NCBI GenBank assembly: GCA_037447605.1
Contig: CM074808.1
Coordinates: forward strand, 620,001-684,000
Direction of reading: 5' to 3'
DNA: 64,000 nt
Source: Zygnema circumcarinatum SAG 698-1b
Taxonomy: Eukaryota; Plantae; Zygnematophyceae
The position numbers were made by a program, and so were the translations under genes. Under the pieces are notes generated by a model. It searched no databases, was not told the origin of the DNA, and saw only the letters and a list, made by a program, of their open reading frames with translations. Positions within the stretch are counted from its first letter, which is position 1, and each line of letters begins with the position of its first letter. Below are positions 11,601 to 29,110 of this stretch, piece by piece.

Positions 11601-14600
11601 CTCTCTCTCTCTCTCACTCTTCCTCACTCGTACGGCTTTGTTTTTTCGGTGCAGGTGATGGTGTTGACGTAATTAATTACTCAATCGGTCCAAGTGATGA
11701 TTTCTTTGACCTTTGGGCTCTGGGGGTCCTCTATGCAGGTGAGAGGCTCTGCTTATTTGATTTTTTTGATGTTAAAATATTTATTTATATTGTTTCGAAG
11801 GGCAAAACAGAACTGATGAGTTGAAATGTTGGTGGGTAAACGGATTCATTTCTATTTCCAGAAGACCGATAAGTCACCTTAAATTTCACACAAAGTTTTA
11901 AATCTTATTTTTTCTTTTTCTTTTTCTTTGTACAGCCAAAGCAGGAGTGTTTGTCTCTGCCTCTGCGGGAAACTCCGGTCCCGAGCCCTCCACTTTGAGC
12001 CACATCGCTCCGTGGTATCTCGCAGTGGCTGCAAGGTTTGCTTCTACTCATGCATGTCTTTTGTCTAATAATTTACCAATATTTTTGTGAGCAATAGATA
12101 GAAACTTTAGTACCTGATAACATTATGAGAGGACAAGGTGGGTGGAGGGAGCAATAGAGAAGACAGAGAAAGGGGTAGCGAGTGAGAGAGAGAGAGAGAG
12201 GCCGACAGATGAGACAGACAGTGGGAGACGAAACAGCCCTAACGTTCGCTTTACATATCATATACCCTTTTTTGACACCCCAAAACCCCCGCCTCTGCCC
12301 CCTCCCCATTCTCCTCCCCCCCCCCCCCGCTCTCTCCCTCTCCCTCTCCCTCTCTTTCTCCCTCTCTCTCTCTGTGCCGGCAGCACTCACGACCGCGAGT
12401 ACACCCATGGGGTGACTTTAGGGAGCGGCGCATCCTTTTCGGGGCAGAGCCTCGTCTCTCCGCCGCTGGATGGCCCTCCCTCCGTTCTCCGAAATGGAGA
12501 GGTCTTGCAGGGGAGGGGGACCGGGCAGGTGAGGGAGGGAGGGATTGGGGGGGTAAGAGGGAGGGTTTTAGGGTTGAGGTTTTAGGTCGTAGGAGGTTGG
12601 AGGAGAAGAAGTTGGAGGAGCCCAAGTTTTAGAAAGTCTTAAATGCAGTAATAAAGGTTTTGCGGTCAATCTGGGGCCAAGTAGAAAACTTCGTTTCCAA
12701 GTTTGAAGTTCGTTGAACCTCCGATGATTGTTGGTCTGATTTGAAGAGGGACGTAATTGGCTGCAGGAGGCCACTGAGTTTCCGCTCGTGTGGGGAGGAA
12801 GTGCCATTCAGGAGGATGGATTTGTGGAAGGGGTATGCTGTGCTCATCTCCGCCCTAGAGAGAGGGAGAGAGGGAGAGAGGGAGAGAGGGAGATATATGA
12901 GAGGGGGGGGGGGAGAGAGAGAGTGAGAGGAGAAAAAATAAGGGGAGAAGGAGAGGAGAAAGACATAAGAAGAAGGGAGAGAAAGGAGGGGGGGAGAGAA
13001 AGGAGGGGAGGAAGGCAGGAAGAGATAGGGATGCGGGGCGAGAGGTGGGGGAGGGAGGAAGAGAGAGAGGGTGGGGAGAGGGAGCGCGAGCGCGAGCGAT
13101 GGGGAGAGAGAGAGGTGGAAGAAAGGGAAAGGAGGGAAAGAGGCAGGGAGAGAGGAGGAAAGGAGGGAGGTAGGGAGAGAGGCAGGGAGGGCAAGGAGAG
13201 GACCGATTCACAGAACCCTACGTATATTCGACAGATATTCTCTTGAATTTTGCTTTGAACAGCTTTGATTGTTCCAATTATACGTTGGATTGCGGAAAGT
13301 AGCGATTTTTTTCTGTTTGGTGAGAGGACATTAACATTTGGGTCCTTGCAGAGAATCGGATTCTTATTTCCTTGATTCAAATTTTTGCTCTATGTCACAG
13401 GGGAATTGGTGCCTGCCCGGAAATCTCGATCCCACAAAAGTCGCAGGAAAAATTGTTCTCTGTCAGCGTGGTGTGAACGGCCGAGTGGCGAAGGGAAAGG
13501 TCAGTCCTGCCTCCCACTCTCTCTCTCCCTGCGCCCCCACCTCTCTCTCTCCCCCTCCCTCTATACCCTCCCGCAGAAATAATGCTTGTAGTGGAGCGTT
13601 TGGGAGAATCTAGGCTATTGACTGGTTCAAAATGGATAACCTAGTATCCTTTCCCTTTTTCTTCCCTTTTGATTTCTTTTTCTTTTCACAGGTGGTGTAC
13701 GAAGCGGGGGGAGTTGGAATGATTCTTTGGAACGACAGCCCAAAGCAGGGACTCATCACCGACATCCATTTTCTGCCTGCTCTGCATGTGCTTTATGATG
13801 ACGGCCTCAAAATCTTCGAGTACATCAATAGCACATCATCGTAAGTGTTCCATGAACTATACCCAGAAAGTCTAAGTCCTGAAAGCCCATCAAATCACGA
13901 CAGTTTCAATTCAGCCCAAGCGTGACCGGGCCTAATTTGAGGCCTACTTTCAGCCTACCCTAACCCTGACCCCAATTCTAACCTCTAACTCTTAACCTTC
14001 TTTAAATGCAGACCTCTTGCTGCTATTTCCGGCCAGCTCACTCGCTTCAATGTTGAAGCACCTACCATCATCGACTTCTCCTCTCGCGGTCCGGTAGTGC
14101 CTCCCACAGCGAGGGGTTCAGGATACCCCTTTGTAAACGACATTCTTAAACCGGATATTTCAGCGCCGGGTGTCAGTATTTGGGCAGGCTACGCTCCCGG
14201 AGGAGACTCCAGACGCTTCATTTTCAACCTTATTTCAGGAACATCCATGGCTTCCCCTCATGTTGCCGGAATCGGAGCTTTACTCAAGCAGGCTCACCCT
14301 GATTGGGACCCCTTCTACATCAAATCCGCAATACAAACTACCGCATCTGTCATCACTAACAAGGGCAGAATTATCCCCGGCTCCCCTCCCACTATTGAAG
14401 GCACGCCATTTGACTATGGATCAGGCCAAATCAACCCTGCAAATGTGAGCGATCCTGGGCTGGTCTACCCCTCCACCTTCGAGGAATACATCGGCTTCTT
14501 ATACTTCATTTCTTTCCATCGAGCTTTGGAACTTTCTGGGGTGCCGCCGCCCAAGAAGTTTGTAAAACCACGAGATTTGAATACCCCAAATATCGCGATA

Positions 14601-14879
14601 TCCTCCCTTCATGGCTCCGCCACAGTCTCCCGCACTGTGGTGAGCGTAGCCACGAGTGGGCCCTTCTCCTTCGAGGCGCAGATTGCAGCGCCTGCAGGAG
14701 TGAGGGTTGACGTCAGCCCTAATCTGTTGGAGGTGCAGCCGGGAGGGAAGGCGACCTTCAACGTCACCTTTACAGTGACGCAGCCAATGGGAGGAGGCTT
14801 CACGTTTGGAACGCTGACGTGGACCAATGGGCATTATTTGGTCAAGTCACAGCTGGCCGTGCAGCCGTTAGGGTTGTGA
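8611..14879 (+). CDS. Secreted subtilisin-like serine protease (S8) with signal peptide, I9 prodomain, PA domain and Fn3-like C-terminus
   Basis: Signal peptide [19 protein letters not shown] at 8611. Prodomain [10 protein letters not shown] and processing site [10 protein letters not shown]. Catalytic triad: [38 protein letters not shown]. Oxyanion region [11 protein letters not shown] domain [11 protein letters not shown]. About 12 GT-AG exons. Confidence 0.95.
9760..10260. repeat. (CCCT)n tetranucleotide tract, about 500 bp, at the 3' end of a subtilase intron
   Basis: Directly visible; it ends just before the acceptor CACAG at about 10264. Confidence 0.95.
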
Positions 14880-15207
14880 ATATGTACAGGAGAGAGGAGG
14901 GGAAGGAGGAGGGAAGGGAGGAGGGGAGGGAGGCGGGTCTATGTGTCAAATTGCGTAGGACTACAGCAGTTACAATGGTAGTGAGATCATAGCACGGTGT
15001 CTCATGCACTAATAAGTCTTTCTCTCTCTCTGTGTGTCTCTCACTCTCTTCCCCCCCCCCCCTCCCCCCTCTCATTCACACACCCACATACGTATAAGAC
15101 AAAGGCTGCCATGAAGGTTCTTAAGTTTGAGAGCACTACTATTTCTTGGGGTGTTGAACATGAATGAAAAAATATTTGTTCTAAACGATGCTTGCGTGCA
15201 GAGTGCG

Positions 15208-16379
15208 TCAGACGGTCCGTCCTATCGGCGTCCGCCGCGTGGCATGGACGGTGTAGAGGGATGTGCCCTTCAGAGCGGCGCTCTGGTGACTCGTCACAGT
15301 GGAGAAAGACACCGACTCCAGGAGCTCCATCTGTCACAAAGAGCGAGAGAGAGAGAGGAGAGGGAGAGGAGAGGGAGAGGAGAGGGAGAGGAGAGGAGAG
15401 GAGAGGTCAGCTATTTGCTCGACATATATGAAAAGAAAAGAGATCAATGAACACTTGCCCTTATTTCGCATTGCTCTCTGCAAACGTTGAAGCCTTAACC
15501 CCATCTCTCACCACGCGGTTCAACCTTCCGTCAATGTCGTGGACCTCCACGACCAACTGTTGAACTTTCGGCCAATCCGCCAGATCCACCCCTTCAAGAA
15601 CTTGCATCTCAGCGCGCTCCACGTCCACCTTCAGGAGGTCTATCCTTCTGTATCAACATTTTTTTTTATGTTACAGTCACGATGTTGCCATGATGACCCA
15701 TAATGACATGACGTCAGACATCTAAAAGGCCACAAATTGACTGATGGTTTATGAACTGAAAGCAAACCCAAGTCACAAATCTTCTTTGAAGCTGACCGAA
15801 ATCTCTAAAAAGCCATTGGACAAAGCAATCTTAGAACACAAAACGAACCAAAGCCGAGCAGGGGACGATTGCTTACTGCAGTTTTGTTTCCGCGAGAATT
15901 TGTGAAATGGACTTCAAAGGGCACTCCACCTGTCACAAGGCGACAAGCCTTTCCGGCGTACACGTCAGCAATACGAAGGCTTTAGGGTTCAGACTTTTTG
16001 GAATCTTGGTCAACAGGGTTGTCCGGGATTTGGTTCTCTCACACATTTCTCGGAAGTAGACTTAATCTTGATGTGTTCATGCACACATCTCTACTGGGAA
16101 AAGGCTTCTCCCGCACCCCCCCTCTCCTCTCTCTCTCTCACTTTCTCACTCTCCCTCTGCGCCTCTCTCTTTCCCCCATCCATCTTCCCGTCTCCCCTCT
16201 GCCCCACCTCCCTCCCTCCCTCCCCCCCTCCCTCCCTCCCTCCCTCCCTCGTCCCTCTCCTCTTTCCCCCCACTCTCCCTCTTCCTCTCCCCCCTCTCTC
16301 CCTTTCCCTCTCGCTCTCTTCCTCCCCCCTCCTCTCCCTCTCCGTCCCTTCCTCCCTCTCTCTCTCTCCCTCTCCATCG

Positions 16380-16420
<41 letters not shown>

Positions 16421-17346
16421 TCTCCTCTCGAGGAGCAAGCAGCCCACCTTGAGTTTCTCCCTCAGCATGTTTCCCACCATCAGCGCTGCGAGCCCTTCAA
16501 AGAGCCATCGAGGCGCCGACCGCCGTACGGTTCGCCCAAAGGCCTCCTACAGGCCAGTGGGGGAGCGACACGTGTCACCACAGGAGTGGCTCGCCTCAAC
16601 GAACCCTAATTTTCGAAAGCCCTAAACATCTGCTTAGGTTTCGCGAAAAAATCTGACTCCTAGACTCTCCGAAGAAAACCCACAAATAGTATAGCCTGAA
16701 TCAATTGGCATTACAAGGTACAATTTTTTTGTTTGCCTACAAGAGTGAGATGTAAAGCTGACAAACAGCAATTTTAGAGCTTTAAGGTTTCTTACCAAAT
16801 TGCTGATTTTTTCTGTTGAAGAGTCCTGCTGCAGGAGTCGGTCCAAAAAAACTTTCATTGATCCTCGTACCTGCAGCCAGAAACTGAAATATTATTAGGA
16901 CCTGGAGGAGTATAAGGACACTGAGATAGTGAAATTTAAATTATGATTCGTAGAATCAAGTTGCTGCGAAAAAGAAGATAATTTGAAAAGAGTAACGGTC
17001 GCTGAAACGGTCTTTAACAGTTTGAAAACCAAACACTTCAATAATAAGTGCCATGTTTTCCAACAAAAAACTCGAGAATCTATTGAAGGGCAAAAAAATC
17101 CTGACCTCGTCCTCATCAGGCGCCATCGTACTCCAGCCGGCCGCTCCTTCGTAGAATGTGAATTCAGCCTGCATTTTCAAACAAACTAAACCTAATTTAT
17201 GTCTCAGAGTCCAAACCTAATTCAAGCAAACTCAAATAGTCCACCTTCCTCCTTCAGTTCTCTCTTACTTGAAAACTCACGATTCGAAAAAAAGACGTGC
17301 GATAATTGCGGAGGCAGAGAGAGCGGAGGGGGAGAGAGAGAGAGCG

Positions 17347-17401
<55 letters not shown>

Positions 17402-18609
17402 GGGGAGGAGAGACCTTTGAACTAAGGCCACTGGAAACACCCATGTTGAAGCTATGAATTGTCGCCAGCTCTGTACATGTAAGCCCACAGAAATCAGGAT
17501 TCAAAAACCAAAAACTAGAACCTATACTCTTTGAAGCCAGATAAACCCTAAAACTGATCTTGATCTCATTTTTATCTCAAAAATATCATAATGTGACAAC
17601 AAAGTCTCTATTTTCACTTTTAGCAAAATAATTTCTGAGGGAACTCATAGCAGCTAGATGGCAACAACGGAAAAAAATTAAAGCTTAAGATCCTGAGAAA
17701 CCGAAAATTTCTAGAAAAAAAAATGAAGATTTCAATTTCAACCGACTGAAACCCTAAACAGGTTCCTAATTTGACTTTTGCTTCTACCTGAATGGGGATT
17801 CTTGCTCTGTACTGATTTTATGTTCCATTGCAGCGCCTCGAATATGGCGGGAATTGGCTCAAATGATAAAACGACTCCGCCAGGGCACGCCTATAAATTT
17901 GAATTATTTTTTTAAATAAATATTAATAATGTACAGATTAAATGTTTCACAAGCATTTGCATTTCTTTCCCATCATGAGATGTATAAGGTTTAAATTTGT
18001 AGGAAAATTCGCATTAAGCTGTTTCTAAGGAATTTGAGGTTGAAAGGTCTTTAGGCCAAAAACTTGAAATGGTCGAGCAAAACGAAAAACTTACAAGCGC
18101 TGCGAAAATAGTGAAGAGACCCACATTGGCTCCGACGTCAAAGACAATTTTTCCTGGCCCCAATGCGGCCTACAAAAGAAAATTGAATACAAAAAAGGAA
18201 AGGAGAGAATGAAAAAGGGAAATGAGGAAACAGCAAATTTATCCAACGTTCATATTTTTCTGAAGCAACAGAAAAGAAAAAGAATGATCGCCAAATGAAA
18301 GCGAGGCGAGTCAAGTAGGGTTGCTCACGTTCTCACCTCCCGAAGGTAATGTTGGTGCAGAAAAATTTCTTCATATATAAACTCTATCTCCTCCTTGCCT
18401 CCCACATAACTGTTTCCTCCCAGCACCCATCCACCCATCAGTACATTGCTGCACTTCACCTCTTTAATCTGATCCAAGAAACATGAGAGAGAGAGAGAGA
18501 TGAGAGGGAGGAGCAAGAAGCAAGAGAGAAGGGGGACGAGGAGGGAGAAGGGTAGCCAGTTCGGCGCTCACTGCGTTCGCCAGTTCACTTCGGTGGCAAA
18601 GAAGTGACG

Positions 18610-18643
<34 letters not shown>

Positions 18644-18949
18644 AAGTGAGAGAGAAAAAAAGAGAGAAAGAGAGAGAGACACACACACACACCTGATAGG
18701 AGTGTCCTCAAGAATGACAAACTCCTTCCACCCCTCCTTCCCCCCCTTCCCCTGCTGCTGCAGCTGCGGAGGCTCAAACCACGCACCTGCCACTGCGGCG
18801 GAGCGGCGCTTAGGGCTGAGGAGGGGCCTCGCCCGGGCGGGCGGCAGCTGGCGGGGGAGCGCTCTTGCAGCGTCAGCTTGGAAGGGGGAGAAGGACGGGG
18901 AGGGGAGGCCCGCCATGGCCGCCCACCTCGAGCTTGCAGGGCCCGCCAT
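15208..18949 (-). CDS. FkbM-family SAM-dependent methyltransferase with an Ala/Ser/Arg-rich N-terminal extension (possible organellar transit peptide)
   Basis: Minus-strand exons read EEIEFIYEEIFLHQHYLRE (~18330-18470), AALGPGKIVFDVGANVGLFTIFAAL (~18095-18170), VLSFEPIPAIFEALQWN (~17790-17890), EFTFYEGAAGWSTM (~17105-17170), VECPLKSISQILAETKL (~15877-15930), RIDLLKVDVERAEMQVLEG..WPKVQQLVVEVHD (~15510-15647), and ELLESVSF...LKGTSLYTVHATR..* (stop 15208). The start codon is uncertain (18949 or 18916). Confidence 0.85.
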
Positions 18950-19497
18950 GACTGCGAGCTTCTCGTTACCGAAAGGTTGTACGGCGCGGATGTCAGTTGG
19001 GCGCAAGGCTGCGATGGGAAGAATCCATGGGGATGGAGAGGCATGGAACCTTGGTAGGGAAAATGGCATTGAACTGACGATGGCGATGCCATCAAATGTA
19101 CATGGACAACAGCAGAATGTGGAACCACGAAGAAGGGACCTTCCTCTCAGCTTCATAATCATATTTAATAGTGTTTCTAAGCAGCCATCTCCTTCGCTGA
19201 ATTTTTTGATGAGTGAATGTTTTTCAGATTAGTCGAGGGGATTTGATTGGGGTGAGGATTAAGACCTTTGCTTTACCATTCCTTTAATTCTTCTTGGGCT
19301 CTTTCTTTTTCTCTGGCATGGTTTCCGTGCCATCCATCAACTCCATCAGCTCCTTTGCTTCAAGAATTGCCTCCATGTTTTGACTCCAAGAGAGATAATT
19401 CGTTTCATGAAACAAAGTAATTGACTACTCCTCTATGTCATGGTCTCTACTACGTGTAGGGCTTAACCCATATGTGGAGGGTTCCTCCACAACGATT

Positions 19498-19507
19498 GAT
19501 GATGATC

Positions 19508-19538
<31 letters not shown>

Positions 19539-19785
19539 TGATGTGATGTGATGTGATGTGATGTGATGTGATGTGATGCGATGTGATGTGATGTGATGTG
19601 ATGTGATGTGATGTGATGTGATGTGATGTGATGTGATGTGATGTGATGTGATGTGATGTGATGTGATGTGATGTGATGTGATGTGATGTGATGTGATGTG
19701 ATGTGATGTGATGTGATGTGATGTGATGTGATGTGATGTGATGTGATGTGATGTGATGATGTGATGATGCGATGATGTGATGTGA
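19498..19785. repeat. Compound microsatellite: (GAT)n followed by a long (GATGT)n pentamer run
   Basis: Directly visible in the divergent intergenic region between FkbM and NDUFB3. Confidence 0.97.
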
Positions 19786-20345
19786 TTCTTTGATTTTTTT
19801 TTTTGTGTCTCTTTTAAGTAGACTTCCCTTTTTTAAACATATGAAACAAGTGCAATTAGCCAGTAGTGCTTCAAATCAACACTCAACACACAACACACAA
19901 CACACTCATTTCCAGAAGAGGTCGTTATTCAAACCATGTCCATGTACATTTGATGGCACGATCGCCATCGTGAGATCAATGCCACATCTCTCTTCTCCTA
20001 TGATTGAAACTGGCGTCACTTGAAAAACCGAAACGTCATCACGGTGACGTCAAAGTTGGCTAGTTTCTGACGTTTGCAGTTCCTTGCCGAAATTCACAAG
20101 AACTGTGACGGCGCTACATGCGTTTCAATACAAAGACCTCCCGTTCGCAGTTCGAATTTGAACCCGAGCCTTTTCTCGAGCCTCTTCCGAACCTGTGCCG
20201 AACCTAGCCCCAACCTCCCTCTCCTCCAGTTCTAGGTCTGGAAACTCCCCTCCCCTTCGCATCCCTTACAGAAGCTCCTTCTTCCCCCCCTTCCTAAGCA
20301 CCTTCCTGCCTTCCCTCTTCCCCCCCTGTGCTGCTGCAGCCATCC

Positions 20346-20519
20346 ATGGCGGGGCCTGGCGAGTTCTTCCGCCGCACTGACGCGTGGCGCAAGCATCCGC
20401 TCGTGCATCGACAGCTCCGCTTTGCGGCGCCGGGCCTTGGCATCGCCTCCGCGGCCTTCGCATTGTACCTTTTTGTGGACGGCGTGCAGGCGAAGCTTAG
20501 CAAGAAGAGCGATCACTGA
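20346..20519 (+). CDS. NDUFB3: Mitochondrial complex I accessory subunit B12 (NDUFB3)
   Basis: MAGPGEFFRRTDAWRKHPLVHRQLRFAAPGLGIASAAFALYL matches the plant B12 signature GEFFRRxDxWRKHP...PGxGI followed by a single TM helix. Confidence 0.92.
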   Translation: MAGPGEFFRRTDAWRKHPLVHRQLRFAAPGLGIASAAFALYLFVDGVQAKLSKKSDH

Positions 20520-21208
20520 GGGGGTTTAGTGTTCAGGGGCGTGCCTCTGCAGGGGTTCAGGTTAGGGTTCAACCCTGTGGCTTATTGGGAGCTTCTGCAG
20601 TCTTTGGACGTTTCAGAGTTTGCTGAGAAGGGAGGGGCGGGCTTGGAAGCGGGTCGAAGGAAGGCGGAGGGAGAGAGGACGCTTTGTATTGTCATTTCTG
20701 TGGTAGATTTTGGTTTGGGAGAGGAAGTGGAAGGTGCTGGGTCTGGATGAAAGTTTGAGTTCAGCTGAAGTCAATGAAGGCTTGCTTCTGCTGGTGCTGG
20801 AAGAAAACGGAACTCTCGTTACACCTGCGCGAAAATGCTGTCTCCTTTGCTGCGTGTCGGTGTCTTCCCTTATCGGAGACGACTGCATTTGGACTTTTTA
20901 TAACGCAAACAGATCGCTAGTCAACATTGCTGTGACGATTAGAGTTGATGTATGCTTCAGCGCACTTCTCTTTTCGCCTGCATTCCAGATGGTTTGAGAA
21001 TCTGTTAATCTTTTGTTGAAATGTTTGAATGATTGATTGAAATGTTCGTGCACAAGCCAAGGCTAATGACTGAGCTGTCTTTCAGTTTAGCAGCCCTGCT
21101 GCAGGTGCTATTCAGAAACTGGGAAGCTCCTTTGGAGAAGAGACTCTTTCACAATAATTTTATGACTTTATATATATATTTTTTTTTTGTGTATCTGAAC
21201 GAACAGCC

Positions 21209-22665
21209 ATGGCGGGCGTAGACGTTACATCTAGCGACACTGCTCTACTTGTTATTGATATGCAGGTGGGCTTGTTTTTAAGAGCACTTGTGATCTGTAA
21301 TGTGTATCATTTTTGCTCTGCATTCAATTGGAACCAGGGCCCATTCGACTTGTTCTTGGTGACTACAATTTCTTTCTCCTTTTCCGCCTGACTTTCCTTA
21401 TTTGTTTTGGACATTCGTCTTCCCTTCTTGTACGCCATCGTTTCCTGTTCCTTGTTTCGTTTCTCCTATTCAGAAAACGTTTCGATCTCTACGCTGAGTG
21501 ATGAGTGACCATACTAACATCTGTTAGTGGTTCTGGTCTCTGCAGTTGGCTGACGCGTTCCTTTGTGCTCCATGTTGCACCTCCAGAATGACTTTTTATT
21601 GAAGGATGCGCCGATGTGTGTGAAGGGCGGCCTTGCTGTCCTTCCTGCTGTAGTGAAGGCAGTGGAGCTTGCTCGCAAAGAGGGCGTCCATATCGTTTGG
21701 GTAGGCAATTTCATTCTTATTGCAATCATATAGGTTTTCAAGCTCTTACATTTCTGTATCTGTCCTGTTCTCGAGGTCCCTTGTAAAGATTTGCACCAGT
21801 ATGTTGCTTCTCTTTCCAGTTTCTGTACCAAACAACCAAGAGTTGGCTGAACATGTGATAGGCATGTGGTCGTGTGAAACACAATTATGGACGATTGTGT
21901 TGCAAGGTGTTGATCCATTTCACATTGATTAACTGTAGGTGATTAGGGAGCATGATCGGAGTGGTGCGGATATCGAGCGGATTCGCCGGCACTTTTTTGA
22001 TGGTGGCCGTCCTGGAGCGGTAGTGTCAGGAACTGCGGGAGCAGCTTTAGCGGAAGGCCTCTCTATCGCTGAAGGAGAGCCGGTGGTAGTGAAGAAGAGA
22101 TGGAGCGCCTTCTTCTCCACTCACTTGGACCTCGTGTTGCGCCGTTTCGGGGTGAAGAAAATCGTCATTGCAGGTGACTTAGACACTGATAATCATTGCA
22201 GGGAGAATTGTTTAAGTGCCCTTATGGCGGGCTGCACTGTTTTTTAGTTTAGTGTTCATAGAGTGGTCAATGCTTACGTCGTTTTGTGATTTTTTGCTCT
22301 TCCAGGGGTTCAGACTCCTAACTGCATTCGACAAACAGCTTTTGATGCTATCGCCTACGACTACGAAGTAGTTACTGTTTTGGCGGATGCAACTGCAGCT
22401 GCCACTTCAGAAGTGCATGAAGGTAAGCCTTAGGGCGAAATTCAATGAGCGAGCTGGTGTCCAGAGCGAAAGCCAAAACCAAAACTTCTAAAACACGTAA
22501 CCCTAAAATGTAAAGACATTACCACTTGATGAAGACTTCTTGGAGATCCGTTCCTTGACATGCTTGTTGGGTCCCTGGTTTATTGCAGCAAACTTATTCG
22601 ATATGCGGAATGCGGGGATTCTCACACCTGGCCTTGATGAGTGGGCGGCGGCATTGCAAGCTTAG
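21209..22665 (+). CDS. Isochorismatase-family cysteine hydrolase (nicotinamidase-like)
   Basis: Approximate exons: 21209-21265, 21588-21700, 21939-22173, 22306-22422, 22589-22665. Motifs TALLVIDMQ|NDF, VVKKRWSAFFSTHLDLVLR, GVQTPNCIRQTAFDA and VLADATAA supply the Asp-Lys-Cys triad. Confidence 0.92.
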
Positions 22666-23632
22666 GGCAGATGGGGAGGCAGGGCTGGCGGGGCTCAGGA
22701 CATGGCACTTGCACTATGGAACATTAAACTTTCGTTTTTCAAACTTGGAATGTCGATGGGCCTTTGAAAACTGATGCTGATGTCATACCTGGCGGTCTGC
22801 TCAACAGATTGCTTCTTGACGACCTTGTTTGCACCTTTGCCCGTGGAGGTTTCTGCTTTCAACCAAGCGGTTCTGTATGTGAGAATGAATTTTAGGGTTT
22901 TTGAAAACTTTAGGGTTTGAGAGGTGTAGGGCTTGAAGTAGGCATTCGGAGGCTGCGGGGATCTACGGAGGATGTTTGAAAATGCTTTCAGGGGCACCAT
23001 GTGACATTCCATGTTCCTGTCATTGAAAATGGTGATACTGACGGTATCACAATTGTGAGTTGACTTTCCAAATAGACTCAGAATTTGGTTGATGTTCATA
23101 TTTTTCCCTTTCTTATACGCAAATAACAAACCTTTCTCGTTGCTTAAAATCGTTTTGATGAAAGGCCACGCGTCAAAGCATGAACGTCTGCACGAAGCGA
23201 TGTTTTACCAGTTCAGTTTCGTACGTTGAATTGTACGGATGTCTCACATTGTAAGGAACCGTACGGTGCGTTATCACTACAGCACGGATAGCATGCAGCG
23301 TGTCTCAGTTCAGTGCGCCGTTGATTACTGTAACTGTGCGGTTCCATAGAGCATGCATGGATCCTGAGCCCGTCTCTTTCCCCCCCCCGCTCTCCCCCTA
23401 ACGCGCTGCCTCCCTTCTCCTCCTCTCCCTCTCGCTCATCATATCTCTCTCTGCTCGCGCTCGCCTCCCCTCAGCATATCGCCCATACAGAGATCATCTC
23501 CCTCTCTAGCTCTCCCTCCCTCCAGCTCTCTCACTCCCCCTCCCTCTCTCCTTTCTCCACTTTCCTCTCTCTCTCTCCCTCTCTGCCCTCCCCCTTATCT
23601 CTCCTCCCTCGGTAACGCCCCATGCTCTGGCC

Positions 23633-29110
<5,478 letters not shown>

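Noticed and set aside
12600-12860. Higher-complexity segment with short antisense ORFs inside a subtilase intron
   Set aside because: No recognisable domain or termini; I cannot support a nested gene or TE call.
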